Part shown: one piece after another, positions 1 through 9,479 of the stretch
Layout: every line of letters starts with the position of its first letter
Position numbering within the stretch: the first letter of the stretch is position 1
NCBI GenBank assembly: GCA_017513085.1
Contig: JAFWDK010000010.1
Span: 288,001 to 352,000, forward strand
Origin: Clostridiales bacterium
GTDB taxonomy: Bacteria; Bacillota; Clostridia; Saccharofermentanales; Saccharofermentanaceae
DNA: 64,000 bases
Direction of reading: 5' to 3'
The notes under the pieces: model-generated
Seen by the model: the letters and a program-made list of their open reading frames with translations, nothing else
The model's database searches: none
What the model was told of the DNA's origin: nothing
Made by a program: the position numbers and the translations under genes

Positions 1-201
1 TGGGAAGGAGAAGGACCTGAATACGGTGAGGATGTATTCCTTGACATTCGTATGGCACAAAGAGAAGTAGTCGGCCGTATTCCTGATGCATACTTGATCA
101 AGACCGATGACATAGGTCAATTTAACGACTTGCATCCTCAGAACAAGAAAGATGTTGCAGTTCGTTTCTTCGAAACTTATGAGTCATTAAACCAAAAGTG
201 A
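1..201 (+). CDS. 3' end of probable sialate O-acetylesterase (SASA/SGNH-type) protein, truncated by window edge
   Basis: Frame 1 reads ...DIRMAQREVV...DIGQFNDLHPQNKKDVAVRF...* (TGA 199-201); DxHPxNK is the typical SASA catalytic motif. Confidence 0.65.
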   Translation, partial: WEGEGPEYGEDVFLDIRMAQREVVGRIPDAYLIKTDDIGQFNDLHPQNKKDVAVRFFETYESLNQK

Positions 202-202
202 T

Positions 203-1207
203 TCAATTCTCTTTTTTAAACCCGGCTAACGGGTTTTTGGAAACCGCTTCGTGAAGAGTGTCGTCATCCACATGGGTATAGATCTGTGTAGTGGCGACAC
301 TTTGATGTCCAAGTATAGTTTGGAGACTTCGAATGTCAACTTCGCCGTATTTGTACATTAAGGTGGCTGCGGTATGACGAAGCTTATGGACGGAATACAT
401 GGCAGGATCGATTCCTGAAGCAGATAACAGGTTTTTAATGATATTCTGAATCATCTGAGTACTGATCCGTGTACCACGTTTACTCAGAAAAAGCGCTTGT
501 TCGTCCTTGACCTTCATTTGATCCCGAATCGGATAATAGTCGCGTAATGCGACTAGACAGGCATTGTTGAGATAGATCGTGCGTTCTTTGTTGCCTTTGC
601 CTACTACTCGGAGTGTATCATCACGTATATCTGAAAGATTGATCATTTGAAGCTCGGAAAGACGCATGCCGCAATTCAGAAACAGCGTAACGATGCAAAA
701 ATCTCGTTCTGAACTTGGCTTTGACGAATGTTCGGCTGTTTCCAGAAGGTGAACGCTCTGTTCCAGATTCAGGTATTTTGGTAAACGCTTCGGGCGCTTG
801 GGTGTTTCCAATTCGTAGGATGGATCATCTTTGATGATCCTCTTCTTTTGGAACAGATATTTAAAGAAAGACTTTAATGTGGCGACTTTTCTGGCACGTG
901 TGGCGGCAGAAGCTTTGCGTTCGCGGGAAAGAAATATCATAAAGGCGAAAAGATCGTCCTGGGCGATTCGATTCAGGAATTTCTCGTCAACATCGCTGAT
1001 ATCGATATCGTCAAATTGCAGTTTGTCACTGAGTGTGACAAGTCCCCAGTCTTTTTTTAGAAAACGAAAGAAGAGGAGAAGATCGTATTTGTATTCTTTT
1101 ACGGTCAAAGGTGATTTTTCCTGAACAGCCTGCATATATCGCAGGTACTGTTCCAGAATCGGAAAAGTCGCTTGTTCTCCGGATGATTTTCCTTTCGGAC
1201 GCCCCAT
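203..1207 (-). CDS. xerC: Xer-family site-specific tyrosine recombinase (334 aa)
   Basis: N-terminal SAM-like domain (KSPLTVKEYKYDL); full catalytic set R(GMRLSEL) K(GKGNKER) HxxR(HKLRH) H(LGH) Y(TQIYTH); GGAGGA RBS; flanked by housekeeping genes. Confidence 0.85.
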   Translation of the reverse strand: MGRPKGKSSGEQATFPILEQYLRYMQAVQEKSPLTVKEYKYDLLLFFRFLKKDWGLVTLSDKLQFDDIDISDVDEKFLNRIAQDDLFAFMIFLSRERKASAATRARKVATLKSFFKYLFQKKRIIKDDPSYELETPKRPKRLPKYLNLEQSVHLLETAEHSSKPSSERDFCIVTLFLNCGMRLSELQMINLSDIRDDTLRVVGKGNKERTIYLNNACLVALRDYYPIRDQMKVKDEQALFLSKRGTRISTQMIQNIIKNLLSASGIDPAMYSVHKLRHTAATLMYKYGEVDIRSLQTILGHQSVATTQIYTHVDDDTLHEAVSKNPLAGFKKEN

Positions 1208-1364
1208 TGATTCCTCCTATAGCTTTATTAAACTCATAGTATCACATTCACATTGAAAAAATGTTGGAAATATCTTGTATTTCGATTTCCGTTGCGATAT
1301 AATACACCCATCAAAGACAAATGTCCACGGTGCGTGGACACACCAGAGAGGAATCGTGATAAAT

Positions 1365-2450
1365 ATGAGTAAGTTAAAAGTTGGCGTAATCGGCGCAACA
1401 GGATATGTCGGACAGCGTTTCATTTCGCTTTTGGATAATCATCCTTGGTTTGAGTGTGTAGCAGTTGTTGCTTCCCCTCGTTCTGCCGGCAAGCCTTATG
1501 CTGAAGCAGTAGAAGGACGTTGGAAGATCGATAAGGAAATGCCTTCCTATGTTAAGGACATGATCGTTGAGAGCACCGAGAATATTGAAGATGTTTGCAA
1601 GAAGGTTGACTTCGTTTTCTGTGCTGTCGATATGAAGAAAGACGAGATCCGTGCTTTGGAAGAGAAGATCGCTAAGCTCGAGACTCCTGTTATTTCCAAT
1701 AACTCTGCAAACAGATGGACTCCTGATGTTCCGATGATGGTTCCTGAGATCAATTCCGATCATGCTGCTATCATTGAGAAGCAGAGAGAGAGACTTGGCA
1801 CCAAGCGTGGTTTTATTGCTGTTAAACCTAACTGCTCGATCCAGAGCTATGTTCCGGCTTTGACACCACTTCGTTCTTTTGGCATCAAGCAGATCTCTGT
1901 ATGTACTTATCAGGCGATCTCCGGAGCAGGCAAGACTTTCAAGGATTGGCCGGAAATGGTAGGAAACATGATTCCTTATATCGGTGGTGAAGAGGAAAAG
2001 AGTGAACAGGAGCCGTTAAAGGTGTGGGGTCATATCGAAGGTAACGAAATCGTTAAGGCAGATGCGCCTGTGATTTCCGCTCAGTGCTATCGTGTTGCGG
2101 TTCAGGAAGGTCATACTGCAGCTGTTTCGGTTTCTTTTGAGAAGAAACCAACAAAGGAAGAAATGATCGAAGCTTGGAAGAACTTTAAGGGTGTTCCGCA
2201 GGAACTTGATCTTCCACATGCTCCGAAGCAGTTCCTCCAGTATCTGGAAGAGGATAACCGTCCGCAGCCGGCTTTGGATGCTATGTTTGGAGATGGCATG
2301 GGTGTTTCCATCGGCCGCTTAAGAGAAGACTCGATCTTTGATTACAAGTTTACCTGTCTTTCCCACAATACTCTTCGTGGCGCTGCCGGTGGCGCAATGC
2401 TTACTGCAGAACTTCTTTATAAGAAGGGTTATCTTTCTGCCAAGGATTAA
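1365..2450 (+). CDS. asd: Aspartate-semialdehyde dehydrogenase
   Basis: GATGYVG Rossmann motif, PNCS catalytic Cys, QAISGAG, HNTLRGAAG; start placed at MSKLKV after AGAGGA. Confidence 0.95.
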   Translation: MSKLKVGVIGATGYVGQRFISLLDNHPWFECVAVVASPRSAGKPYAEAVEGRWKIDKEMPSYVKDMIVESTENIEDVCKKVDFVFCAVDMKKDEIRALEEKIAKLETPVISNNSANRWTPDVPMMVPEINSDHAAIIEKQRERLGTKRGFIAVKPNCSIQSYVPALTPLRSFGIKQISVCTYQAISGAGKTFKDWPEMVGNMIPYIGGEEEKSEQEPLKVWGHIEGNEIVKADAPVISAQCYRVAVQEGHTAAVSVSFEKKPTKEEMIEAWKNFKGVPQELDLPHAPKQFLQYLEEDNRPQPALDAMFGDGMGVSIGRLREDSIFDYKFTCLSHNTLRGAAGGAMLTAELLYKKGYLSAKD

Positions 2451-2465
2451 TGTTCAACAAAGAGA

Positions 2466-2499
2466 GAGGGACTTGTTCAGGCAAGTCCCTCATTTCTTT
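2466..2499 (+). terminator. Intrinsic terminator after asd
   Basis: GAGGGACTTG-ttcagg-CAAGTCCCTC hairpin followed by ATTTCTTT. Confidence 0.75.
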
Positions 2500-2550
2500 G
2501 CGTAAAGAAGCATTAGCGTAACGGTAAAAAAAAGATTTTCGAAAAAGGTG

Positions 2551-2579
2551 TTGACGTGAGGAAAGATTATCGCTATAAT
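2551..2579 (+). promoter_or_regulatory. Sigma-A promoter of the tRNA pair
   Basis: TTGACG-17 nt-TATAAT with upstream A-tracts. Confidence 0.85.
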
Positions 2580-2620
2580 CTTTCTTGCGCTTTGAGAAAT
2601 GGGTACAAACTCAAACAAGC

Positions 2621-2697
2621 GGGCCTTTAGCTCAGTTGGTTAGAGCAACCGGCTCATAACCGGTCGGTCTTGGGTTCGAGTCCCTGAAGGCCCACCA
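2621..2697 (+). tRNA. tRNA with CAT anticodon, Ile2 (lysidine) type
   Basis: Cloverleaf GGGCCTT/AAGGCCC, anticodon loop CT-CAT-AA, T-loop GTTCGAGTC, encoded CCA; sequence pattern matches Firmicute tRNA-Ile2 better than Met. Confidence 0.9.
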
Positions 2698-2725
2698 ATT
2701 AGAAGCTAACGTCAATTATATATAT

Positions 2726-2810
2726 GGGAGAATTCCCGAGCGGCCAAAGGGGGCAGACTGTAAATCTGTTGTCACCGACTTCGGTGGTTCGAATCCACCT
2801 TCTCCCACCA
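2726..2810 (+). tRNA. tRNA-Tyr (GTA)
   Basis: GGGAGAA/TTCTCCC acceptor stem, CAGACT-GTA-AATCTG, long variable arm, GGTTCGAATCC, CCA. Confidence 0.95.
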
Positions 2811-2812
2811 AG

Positions 2813-2842
2813 AGAGTTGATCTTTGATCAGCTCTCTTTTTA
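2813..2842 (+). terminator. Intrinsic terminator after tRNA-Tyr
   Basis: GAGAGTTGATC-ttt-GATCAGCTCTC followed by TTTTT. Confidence 0.8.
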
Positions 2843-2901
2843 TTTGTTTATTATCTTCATATCTATTATAATTCTTTGTAATACACATTCGGAGGTGCTA
2901 T

Positions 2902-3912
2902 ATGAATATTCTTGTTAGTGGCGGTACTGGTTTTATCGGATCACATACCTGTGTGGAGCTCCTCAATTCCGGTTATGATGTAGTTGTATTCGATAATCTT
3001 TCCAATTCGAAAGAAGATACAATTGATAAGATCTTTACTATTACAGGTAAGCGTCCGAAATTCTATAAGGCCGACATGGTCGTTCCTTCTGAACTGGATC
3101 AGATCTTTGAAGAGAACAGTATTGATGCCGTTATTCATTTTGCCGGGTTGAAAGCAGTAGGTGAAAGTGTCGCTAAGCCTTTGGAGTATTATAAGAACAA
3201 TATTTGCGGAACCCTTAATCTTCTTGAGGCAATGAGAAAACATAACGTGAAGAATTTTGTTTTTTCCTCTTCGGCTACCGTATATGGAACACCTGAATTC
3301 GTTCCAATCACAGAGGAATGCCCTCTTGGTATGACTACCAATCCATATGGAGAAACCAAGAAGATGCTCGAGCGGATTCTTACCGATTTTCAGAAGGCGA
3401 ATCCAGATTGGCATGTGGTCCTGCTTCGTTATTTCAATCCGATCGGATGTCACGAGAGCGGTATCATCGGAGAGGAACCAAATGGTATTCCAAACAATCT
3501 TATGCCTTATATCATGCAGGTCGCTGTCGGAAAACTCCCGTTTTTGCGAGTTTTCGGTAACGATTATAATACACCGGATGGTACGGGTGTTCGCGATTAT
3601 ATCCATGTTGTGGATCTGGCTCGCGGACATGTATCGGTCCTTAAGAAGCTTTCGGATGAAGCCGGAGTGTATGTGTATAATTTAGGAACCGGTATAGGTT
3701 ATAGTGTTTTGGATATCGTTCATGCATTTGAAAAAGTTAACCAAATCACGATTCCGTATCAAATCACAGATAGAAGACCAGGCGATATTGATGTCTCATA
3801 TTCGGATCCCGGAAAGGCTGAAAGAGAACTCGGATGGAAAGCAGAATATGATCTGGACCGTATGTGTCTGGATGCTTTTCGCTTCGCCAGGAATACCATG
3901 ACCTCTAATTGA
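2902..3912 (+). CDS. galE: UDP-glucose 4-epimerase
   Basis: [20 protein letters not shown], YxxxK (YGETK), [16 protein letters not shown]; GGAGG RBS. Confidence 0.95.
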   Translation: MNILVSGGTGFIGSHTCVELLNSGYDVVVFDNLSNSKEDTIDKIFTITGKRPKFYKADMVVPSELDQIFEENSIDAVIHFAGLKAVGESVAKPLEYYKNNICGTLNLLEAMRKHNVKNFVFSSSATVYGTPEFVPITEECPLGMTTNPYGETKKMLERILTDFQKANPDWHVVLLRYFNPIGCHESGIIGEEPNGIPNNLMPYIMQVAVGKLPFLRVFGNDYNTPDGTGVRDYIHVVDLARGHVSVLKKLSDEAGVYVYNLGTGIGYSVLDIVHAFEKVNQITIPYQITDRRPGDIDVSYSDPGKAERELGWKAEYDLDRMCLDAFRFARNTMTSN

Positions 3913-3937
3913 CAGTCTTTTTCGAGTGTGCTAATAT
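3909..3937 (+). promoter_or_regulatory. Sigma-A promoter for tRNA-Leu overlapping the galE stop codon
   Basis: TTGACA (3909-3914)-17 nt-TAATAT with extended -10 TG. Confidence 0.7.
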
Positions 3938-3952
3938 ACTTTTCGTCGCAAC

Positions 3953-4037
3953 GGGGTTGTGGCGGAATGGCAGACGCAGCAGACTCAAAATCTGCCGACC
4001 ATAAATCGTATGGGTTCAAGTCCCATCAGCCCCACCA
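3953..4037 (+). tRNA. tRNA-Leu (CAA)
   Basis: GGGGTTG/CAGCCCC acceptor stem, GCAGACT-CAA-AATCTGC, long variable arm, GGTTCAAGTCC, CCA. Confidence 0.95.
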
Positions 4038-4040
4038 ATT

Positions 4041-4099
4041 GCAAAAAAGATCCCCATTTTCTGCTATTTAAGAATCTGGGGATCTATTTTTGCCTTTTT
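4041..4099 (+). terminator. Probable terminator after tRNA-Leu
   Basis: AGATCCCCA...TGGGGATCT stem with following T-runs. Confidence 0.55.
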
Positions 4100-4208
4100 T
4101 GCGAAATATTAGCGAAAATATGAAAAAAAAGTCATTTGCAAGATCTTATATTATGGAATACTATATATTAGCCAATCAAAATAATTTTGAGCAAGGAGAA
4201 GAAGAAGA

Positions 4209-5198
4209 ATGGAAAATCGCTCAGAAATATCCAATGTAGAATTGGAGAAGTGTAAGGATATTATCACTAAGATTACAACTTCTTATTATGAGAAGATGGT
4301 TGGACAGACAAGACTGGGATGGTCATTGCTGATCGCTATTATTTCAAACGGACATATTCTTTTGGAATCTGTTCCGGGTCTTGCTAAGACAACAGCGGCT
4401 AAAACTTTGACTGATGCCGTAAATGGTAAGTTTTCGCGTATCCAGTGCACGCCGGACCTTTTGCCAAGTGATATTATCGGTACGCAGATCTTCAATTACA
4501 CGACCAACACATTTGAAACCAAACTTGGCCCGGTTTATGCTAACTTCGTTCTTTTGGACGAGATCAACCGTTCCAGTGCAAAAACACAGAGTGCTATGCT
4601 CGAAGTCATGCAGGAGCATCAGACGACTATCGGCGGTCTGAACTACGCGATGCCGAAGATTTTTACGGTTATTGCTACACAGAACCCGATCGAGCAGGAA
4701 GGTACTTATCTTTTGTCGGAAGCACAGCTTGACCGTTTCCTGATCAAAGAGAAGATCGATTATCCGACTCAGGATGAAGAGTTTGAGATATTAAACCGTA
4801 TTGAGAAAGATGTTTTCTCCAAGTCGGAATCCGTTGTAGAACTCGAAGATCTTTATTTCCTGCAGCAGATGGCTAAGAAAGTATATCTGGACGATTCCAT
4901 CAAGAGATACATTATCCGTATCGTGAATGCAACCCGTCACCCGGCCGAAGTCATTGGAAAAGAACTTGCCGAGTACATCACACTTGGTTCGAGTACCCGT
5001 GGCTGTATTGCTCTTATGGAAGTATCCAAAGCTGTTGCGCTGATCAACGGTAGAGGCTATGTGACACCGGACGATGTTAAAACACTTATTCATAGTGTTT
5101 TGCGTCATCGTGTATCACTGAACTTTGCCGCTGTTGCAGATGGTGTAACAGAAGAACAGATTATTGATAAGATTGTAGGAGCTATTGCAACACCATGA
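4209..5198 (+). CDS. moxR: MoxR-family AAA+ ATPase
   Basis: HILLESVPGLAKT Walker A variant, RIQCTPDLLPSDI, LLDEINR, ATQNPIEQEGTY, EAQLDRF. Confidence 0.93.
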   Translation: MENRSEISNVELEKCKDIITKITTSYYEKMVGQTRLGWSLLIAIISNGHILLESVPGLAKTTAAKTLTDAVNGKFSRIQCTPDLLPSDIIGTQIFNYTTNTFETKLGPVYANFVLLDEINRSSAKTQSAMLEVMQEHQTTIGGLNYAMPKIFTVIATQNPIEQEGTYLLSEAQLDRFLIKEKIDYPTQDEEFEILNRIEKDVFSKSESVVELEDLYFLQQMAKKVYLDDSIKRYIIRIVNATRHPAEVIGKELAEYITLGSSTRGCIALMEVSKAVALINGRGYVTPDDVKTLIHSVLRHRVSLNFAAVADGVTEEQIIDKIVGAIATP

Positions 5199-6070
5199 TT
5201 CTTGACTATGTTACAAGAATAAAAGCGAATATAGCAATTCATACCAAGATCAAAGCTACCAGCATCCTGGACGGATCCTATAAGTCTGTTTTCATGGGTC
5301 GCAGTTTGAATTTTGAGGATCTTCGTGAGTATATTCCGGGCGACAGCATTCGTGATATCGACTGGAAGGCTTCTTCTCGTAGCCGTTCTTTGCTTGTTAA
5401 GCGATTTGTTGCAGAGAAGAAGCACAATATCCTTATCGTTTTTGATACAGGAGCGAAGATGAATGCTCATACCGACAAGATGGAACTGAAAAAAGATGTG
5501 GCGATTTACTCTGCCGGCACACTTTCTTATCTTGCCTATTCTAATGGCGATTTTGTCGGAGCTTTGTACAATACTGACGGTAAGATTCACTATTATCCGC
5601 TTCGTACACGTCTTTACGATATTGAGAATTTTCTTTCCTCATACGATAAAGATGTTGTGAAATCCCAAAAGTCGGATCTTGATAAGACACTTGAGTATCT
5701 TCTGAAGAATTTCCGCCGTAAGATGGTCGTGTTTGTTGTGACAGATATGGCCGGCATCCGATCAATTTCTGATATAGTATTGAAGAAGCTGATCTGCCAG
5801 CATGATCTTCTGTTTATAAACATCAATGACGCGAACGTAACCGGTGGAAGATCTTTTAAGGTTGAGAATAACAGATACCTTCCTGAGTTTATTACATCTA
5901 GTAAGAAGCTGGCGCAAATGGAGAAGAAGATGAAGGACGAAATTCTTGAGGAGAACAAGAAAAAACTGCTTCATCACGCTATTATCAGTACGGATATTGA
6001 TAGCAAGGAAGATATCACATTGAAAATTACGGAATTACTGGAGAGACACAGATATGCTCAATCCCACTGA
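5195..6070 (+). CDS. DUF58 domain protein (MoxR-associated)
   Basis: GRSLNFEDLREYIPGDSIRDIDWKASSR motif; ATGA overlap with moxR. Confidence 0.9.
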   Translation: MILDYVTRIKANIAIHTKIKATSILDGSYKSVFMGRSLNFEDLREYIPGDSIRDIDWKASSRSRSLLVKRFVAEKKHNILIVFDTGAKMNAHTDKMELKKDVAIYSAGTLSYLAYSNGDFVGALYNTDGKIHYYPLRTRLYDIENFLSSYDKDVVKSQKSDLDKTLEYLLKNFRRKMVVFVVTDMAGIRSISDIVLKKLICQHDLLFININDANVTGGRSFKVENNRYLPEFITSSKKLAQMEKKMKDEILEENKKKLLHHAIISTDIDSKEDITLKITELLERHRYAQSH

Positions 6071-6563
6071 TACTTCACCAATTGATGTTTCTGTTGGTCT
6101 GCAGGACCCGTTTTCTTACATGTTGGCACCGATCATTATTCTTGCCGGCGTGCTGGTTGCAGGAATCATTGCTTTAGTGGTCTTTCATTTTTTGAAAAAC
6201 AGAAAGTCCGTTGTTAAGAAAGTCGCAGAACCGAAACCTGTCGTATTTAAGCCTAAGGATAAGGGTGCTCTTCAGCGAGAGTATCTTGCGAAGATCGCAA
6301 AAGTTCAGGCAGATTACGAATCCGGAGCTATGGATGTCCGTACGGCGCACCAGGAATTATCTGCGATCGTGCGTATGTTTGTACATGAACTGACAGGAAT
6401 CAACGCGCAAAACTTCTCGCTTCTTGAGCTTCGGGCACATAATGTGAATCAGGTCAGTGATCTGATCGAAGAATTCTATGCCCCTGAATTTGCTCTGCGA
6501 ACGGAAAAGGATACGATGAATTCTATTAATGACGCAAGGACGGTAATTAGTACATGGAACTGA
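6054..6563 (+). CDS. Single-pass membrane protein of the Bat-like cluster
   Basis: N-terminal TM helix; ELSAIVRMF helix like Bat-associated hypothetical proteins; overlaps both neighbours. Confidence 0.7.
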   Translation: MLNPTDTSPIDVSVGLQDPFSYMLAPIIILAGVLVAGIIALVVFHFLKNRKSVVKKVAEPKPVVFKPKDKGALQREYLAKIAKVQADYESGAMDVRTAHQELSAIVRMFVHELTGINAQNFSLLELRAHNVNQVSDLIEEFYAPEFALRTEKDTMNSINDARTVISTWN

Positions 6564-7567
6564 AGAATCCGTTTGTAATTTATATAGGCATTCCGATCAT
6601 CGTAGTTCTTGCGTTGATCAGTTATGGTGCCAGTAGAAAGTACAGTAAAGGTAAAAAGGTAGCAAATACCGGCTTCTTTGAGGAAACAAGTGCTTTTAAA
6701 AGAAGAATGCTTGCTTTCAGGATCTACAAAGTGCTTATGGTGGCTTTACTGTTGATCTCTATTATTTCTTGCATGATCATGATGGCAAGACCGAACAAGA
6801 CCAGACAGGAAACCACAGAGATATATAACCGTGACATCTTTCTTTGTCTGGATACTTCCGGTTCCATGTACGAGGTGGACTTGGAAGTCGTTAAGCGGAT
6901 GAAGGAATTGGTAAGCGGACTGCAGGGTGAGCGTTTCGGTATCACGATCTTTAACTGTCAAACCGTTACTCTGGTTCCTCTTACGACAGATTACGAATAT
7001 GTATTAGATGTCCTTGATCAACTTGAAGCGGCTTGTAAGATTGCAATGGGAATGGATGACTGGTCTTTCTTTGCAGATGATGATTACTATTCAAAATATA
7101 TGTATATGATCGATGGAACAACTGCAAATGATGCAAATGGTTCATCTCTGATCGGAGATGGTCTTGCTTCCACTATCTTCCAGTTCCAGGATCTTGAGAC
7201 CGATGATACCAGAACGCGTGTAATTATCTTTTCGACCGATAATCAGCTTTATGGAACTCCGTTTGTTCAACTTCGTGAAGCTTCTGAATTGTGTAAGAAG
7301 TATAAGATCAAAGTCTTTGGCGCTGCGCCAAGCGAGGTGGAGAATTTCAATGAATTCAATGAGTGCATGAAACTTACGGGCGGAGATCTTTTCACTTTGC
7401 GGTCTTCCACTATGGTTGAAGACCTGATTCGGGCAGTTGAGAAGACGGAGACTTCTGTGCTGATAAAGACAGAGGAGTATGTTACGGAATTCCCTGAAAC
7501 ACTTGTTGCGATCGCTACGATTGCTCTTTGTATATATTTTGTGATAAGCAGAAGGATAAAAGCATGA
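6554..7567 (+). CDS. VWA-domain membrane protein (BatA-like)
   Basis: Two N-terminal TMs then MARP, MIDAS DTSGSM, SLIGDGL, IFSTD, C-terminal TM. Confidence 0.85.
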   Translation: MELKNPFVIYIGIPIIVVLALISYGASRKYSKGKKVANTGFFEETSAFKRRMLAFRIYKVLMVALLLISIISCMIMMARPNKTRQETTEIYNRDIFLCLDTSGSMYEVDLEVVKRMKELVSGLQGERFGITIFNCQTVTLVPLTTDYEYVLDVLDQLEAACKIAMGMDDWSFFADDDYYSKYMYMIDGTTANDANGSSLIGDGLASTIFQFQDLETDDTRTRVIIFSTDNQLYGTPFVQLREASELCKKYKIKVFGAAPSEVENFNEFNECMKLTGGDLFTLRSSTMVEDLIRAVEKTETSVLIKTEEYVTEFPETLVAIATIALCIYFVISRRIKA

Positions 7568-8529
7568 AAATTAATCCGATACTACCAATATGGTTAATGA
7601 GCATCCTTTGTGTATTGATGCTTTGTATGAAACGAAAAGGTGTCTGGAATTATATTCGACAGATTCTCATCGTTGTGCTGCTTTTTGCCCTAAACCTTCG
7701 AATCATGGTGTTTTCACACGAAGTCGAAAAAAGAGAATTGGATCTTGATGTCCTTTTTGTTGTGGATAATTCCATGAGTATGCTGGCTGAGGACTTTGAC
7801 GGAGATGGACGAAGGATCGATGCAGTCAGAGATGATTGTCAGTATATTATGGATAAACTTCCGGGAGCGAGGTTTTCCGTGGTGTCATTCGGTAATTATG
7901 CCTATCGTCTGACGCCGTATACTTCTGATATCACAGCGCTGAAAACTGCTCTGTCTTCTTTGGAAGGACAGACACAGTATTATGCAAGTGGTACGTCACT
8001 GAATCAGCCTGTTATCGTGGTTAAAGAGGCATTAGAAAAGAATCGTGAGCGGAATCCGGAAAGAACACAGGTCTTGTTTTACTTTAGCGATGGTGAGATT
8101 ACGGCCAAAGAAAAACTTGAATCATATTCAAGCCTTGCTAAATTGATCGACGGCGGTGCCGTGATCGGCTATGGTACCGAGGAGGGTGGACGCATGAAAG
8201 TTCACAGCTATGAAGGTGACCATGGAGAACCGTTCTACATGATGACCCGTGATAAAAAGACCGGAAAGATGGTTGAAGCTATCTCTCATCTTGATGAGAG
8301 CAATTTGAAACAGATCGCTAAGGATCTTGATGTGGATTATTATCTCTCAGAGAATTCTGCTTCGATCAGAGAGCTTTTGCTGGATGTTACTGACTACCTT
8401 GAAAATCTTTCAAGTGAAGGCTTGACCGGCACGGAAGGCTATTCCGAAACATATTTCTGGTTTGCTATTCCACTGGTTGCTCTTCTTGCTTATGACCTTA
8501 TATATTATAAGAGGAGGTTGAGAGGATGA
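7564..8529 (+). CDS. VWA-domain membrane protein (BatB-like)
   Basis: MIDAS DNSMSMLAED, GTSL, FSDGE, IGYGTEEGG, C-terminal TM; ATGA overlap. Confidence 0.85.
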   Translation: MKINPILPIWLMSILCVLMLCMKRKGVWNYIRQILIVVLLFALNLRIMVFSHEVEKRELDLDVLFVVDNSMSMLAEDFDGDGRRIDAVRDDCQYIMDKLPGARFSVVSFGNYAYRLTPYTSDITALKTALSSLEGQTQYYASGTSLNQPVIVVKEALEKNRERNPERTQVLFYFSDGEITAKEKLESYSSLAKLIDGGAVIGYGTEEGGRMKVHSYEGDHGEPFYMMTRDKKTGKMVEAISHLDESNLKQIAKDLDVDYYLSENSASIRELLLDVTDYLENLSSEGLTGTEGYSETYFWFAIPLVALLAYDLIYYKRRLRG

Positions 8530-9266
8530 AAAAGAAGATCATCATTGTCGCATTTACTCTTGTTGGACTTATACTTAGTAAATTTGCATTTACTTTTGTG
8601 TACAATGAATGGGTTATTTCCAAATACGAAGAAAAAGATTATTCAGAAAACTTCAGTCTTTTGGAGATGCTTAACATTACTGAACCATATATAGTTTTTT
8701 ATAACAATGGAAATGTACAGTATCAGTTGAAGAATTATGAAGAAGCAATCAGGTATTACGAAGAGGCATTGGAGAAAGATCCACCGGAAGGAAAAGAGTG
8801 CCCGGTACGCATAAATCTTGCTCTTGCTAAACTTGGTCTTCTTGGGAACGATTGTTTCTCGAGAGAGAATATCGATGACACGATTGAGCTTTTAAAAGAG
8901 TGTCTGGAGATCCTTTCCGAGGAAGAGTGTGCAACAGATGACGGTGATGGTCATGATAACCGTGCGCAGAGACTCTATGATGAGATCAAAGAACTCCTGG
9001 AGCAGGCACAGCAGGAAAAGCAGAAGCAGGAGGAATCTTCTGAATCTTCTGATTCTTCTGAATCATCTGAATCATCTGAATCTTCGAGCGATGGTGATGG
9101 AGAGACCACGCAGGAAACAGGTTCTGGTGATGGCGGCCGTCAAAGTCTACTGGAAAGCCAGCTTCAAAGCCAGATGGAGAGTGCTGCAAGAGTTCGTGAG
9201 ACGCAAAGACGCCAGAATGAGTCGAATGAATGGAACTGGTATTATGATGAAGAACCTGTTTGGTAA
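8526..9266 (+). CDS. TPR-containing exported protein (BatC-like)
   Basis: N-terminal signal/anchor, TPR YNNGNVQYQLKNYEEAIRYYEEAL, Q/S/E low-complexity tail, ends in PVW like BatC proteins. Confidence 0.8.
   Translation: MKKKIIIVAFTLVGLILSKFAFTFVYNEWVISKYEEKDYSENFSLLEMLNITEPYIVFYNNGNVQYQLKNYEEAIRYYEEALEKDPPEGKECPVRINLALAKLGLLGNDCFSRENIDDTIELLKECLEILSEEECATDDGDGHDNRAQRLYDEIKELLEQAQQEKQKQEESSESSDSSESSESSESSSDGDGETTQETGSGDGGRQSLLESQLQSQMESAARVRETQRRQNESNEWNWYYDEEPVW
9033..9086 (+). repeat. 6 x 9-bp tandem repeat GA(A/T)TC(T/A)TC(T/G) encoding ESS/DSS
   Basis: gaatcttct gaatcttct gattcttct gaatcatct gaatcatct gaatcttcg. Confidence 0.9.
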
Positions 9267-9273
9267 TTTTGTG

Positions 9274-9449
9274 TTGCGTTTTAACTGATATTGGATTATT
9301 ATCTTTACAGCGTATCCTTTAATCTATTCCAGGAGAGAATAGAAAGGTCGTCTGATAACGATAATCTACCTCCGCTTTGCGGAAGCATATTTTGATATAA
9401 GACCGACTTTTTAAGGGTACTTACGTACAATTACGGAGTCGGTTTTTTG
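9274..9449 (+). promoter_or_regulatory. pyr promoter and PyrR-dependent attenuator leader
   Basis: TTGCGT-17-TATTAT; PyrR-type binding hairpin CCTTTAA-TCTATTC-CAGGAGA-GAATAGA-AAGG (9316-9347); terminator AAGACCGACT...AGTCGGTTTTTT (9399-9448); AAAGGTCGTCT can pair with AGACCGACTTT as antiterminator. Confidence 0.75.
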
Positions 9450-9479
9450 TACTCCGAAAAGCAGGAAGGAGTGGTATTT

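Noticed and set aside
1208-1364. Lysine riboswitch before asd, or SOS box / dif half-site before the recombinase
   Set aside because: The spacer is short and I found no matching motif.
2724-2918. ORF-track peptides overlapping tRNA-Tyr (and 3759-4019 over tRNA-Leu)
   Set aside because: They are spurious translations of tRNA genes.
203-4037. Tyrosine recombinase near tRNA genes read as an integrative element or prophage
   Set aside because: The recombinase is Xer-like and separated from the tRNAs by asd; I saw no duplicated tRNA 3' end, excisionase, relaxase or phage genes.
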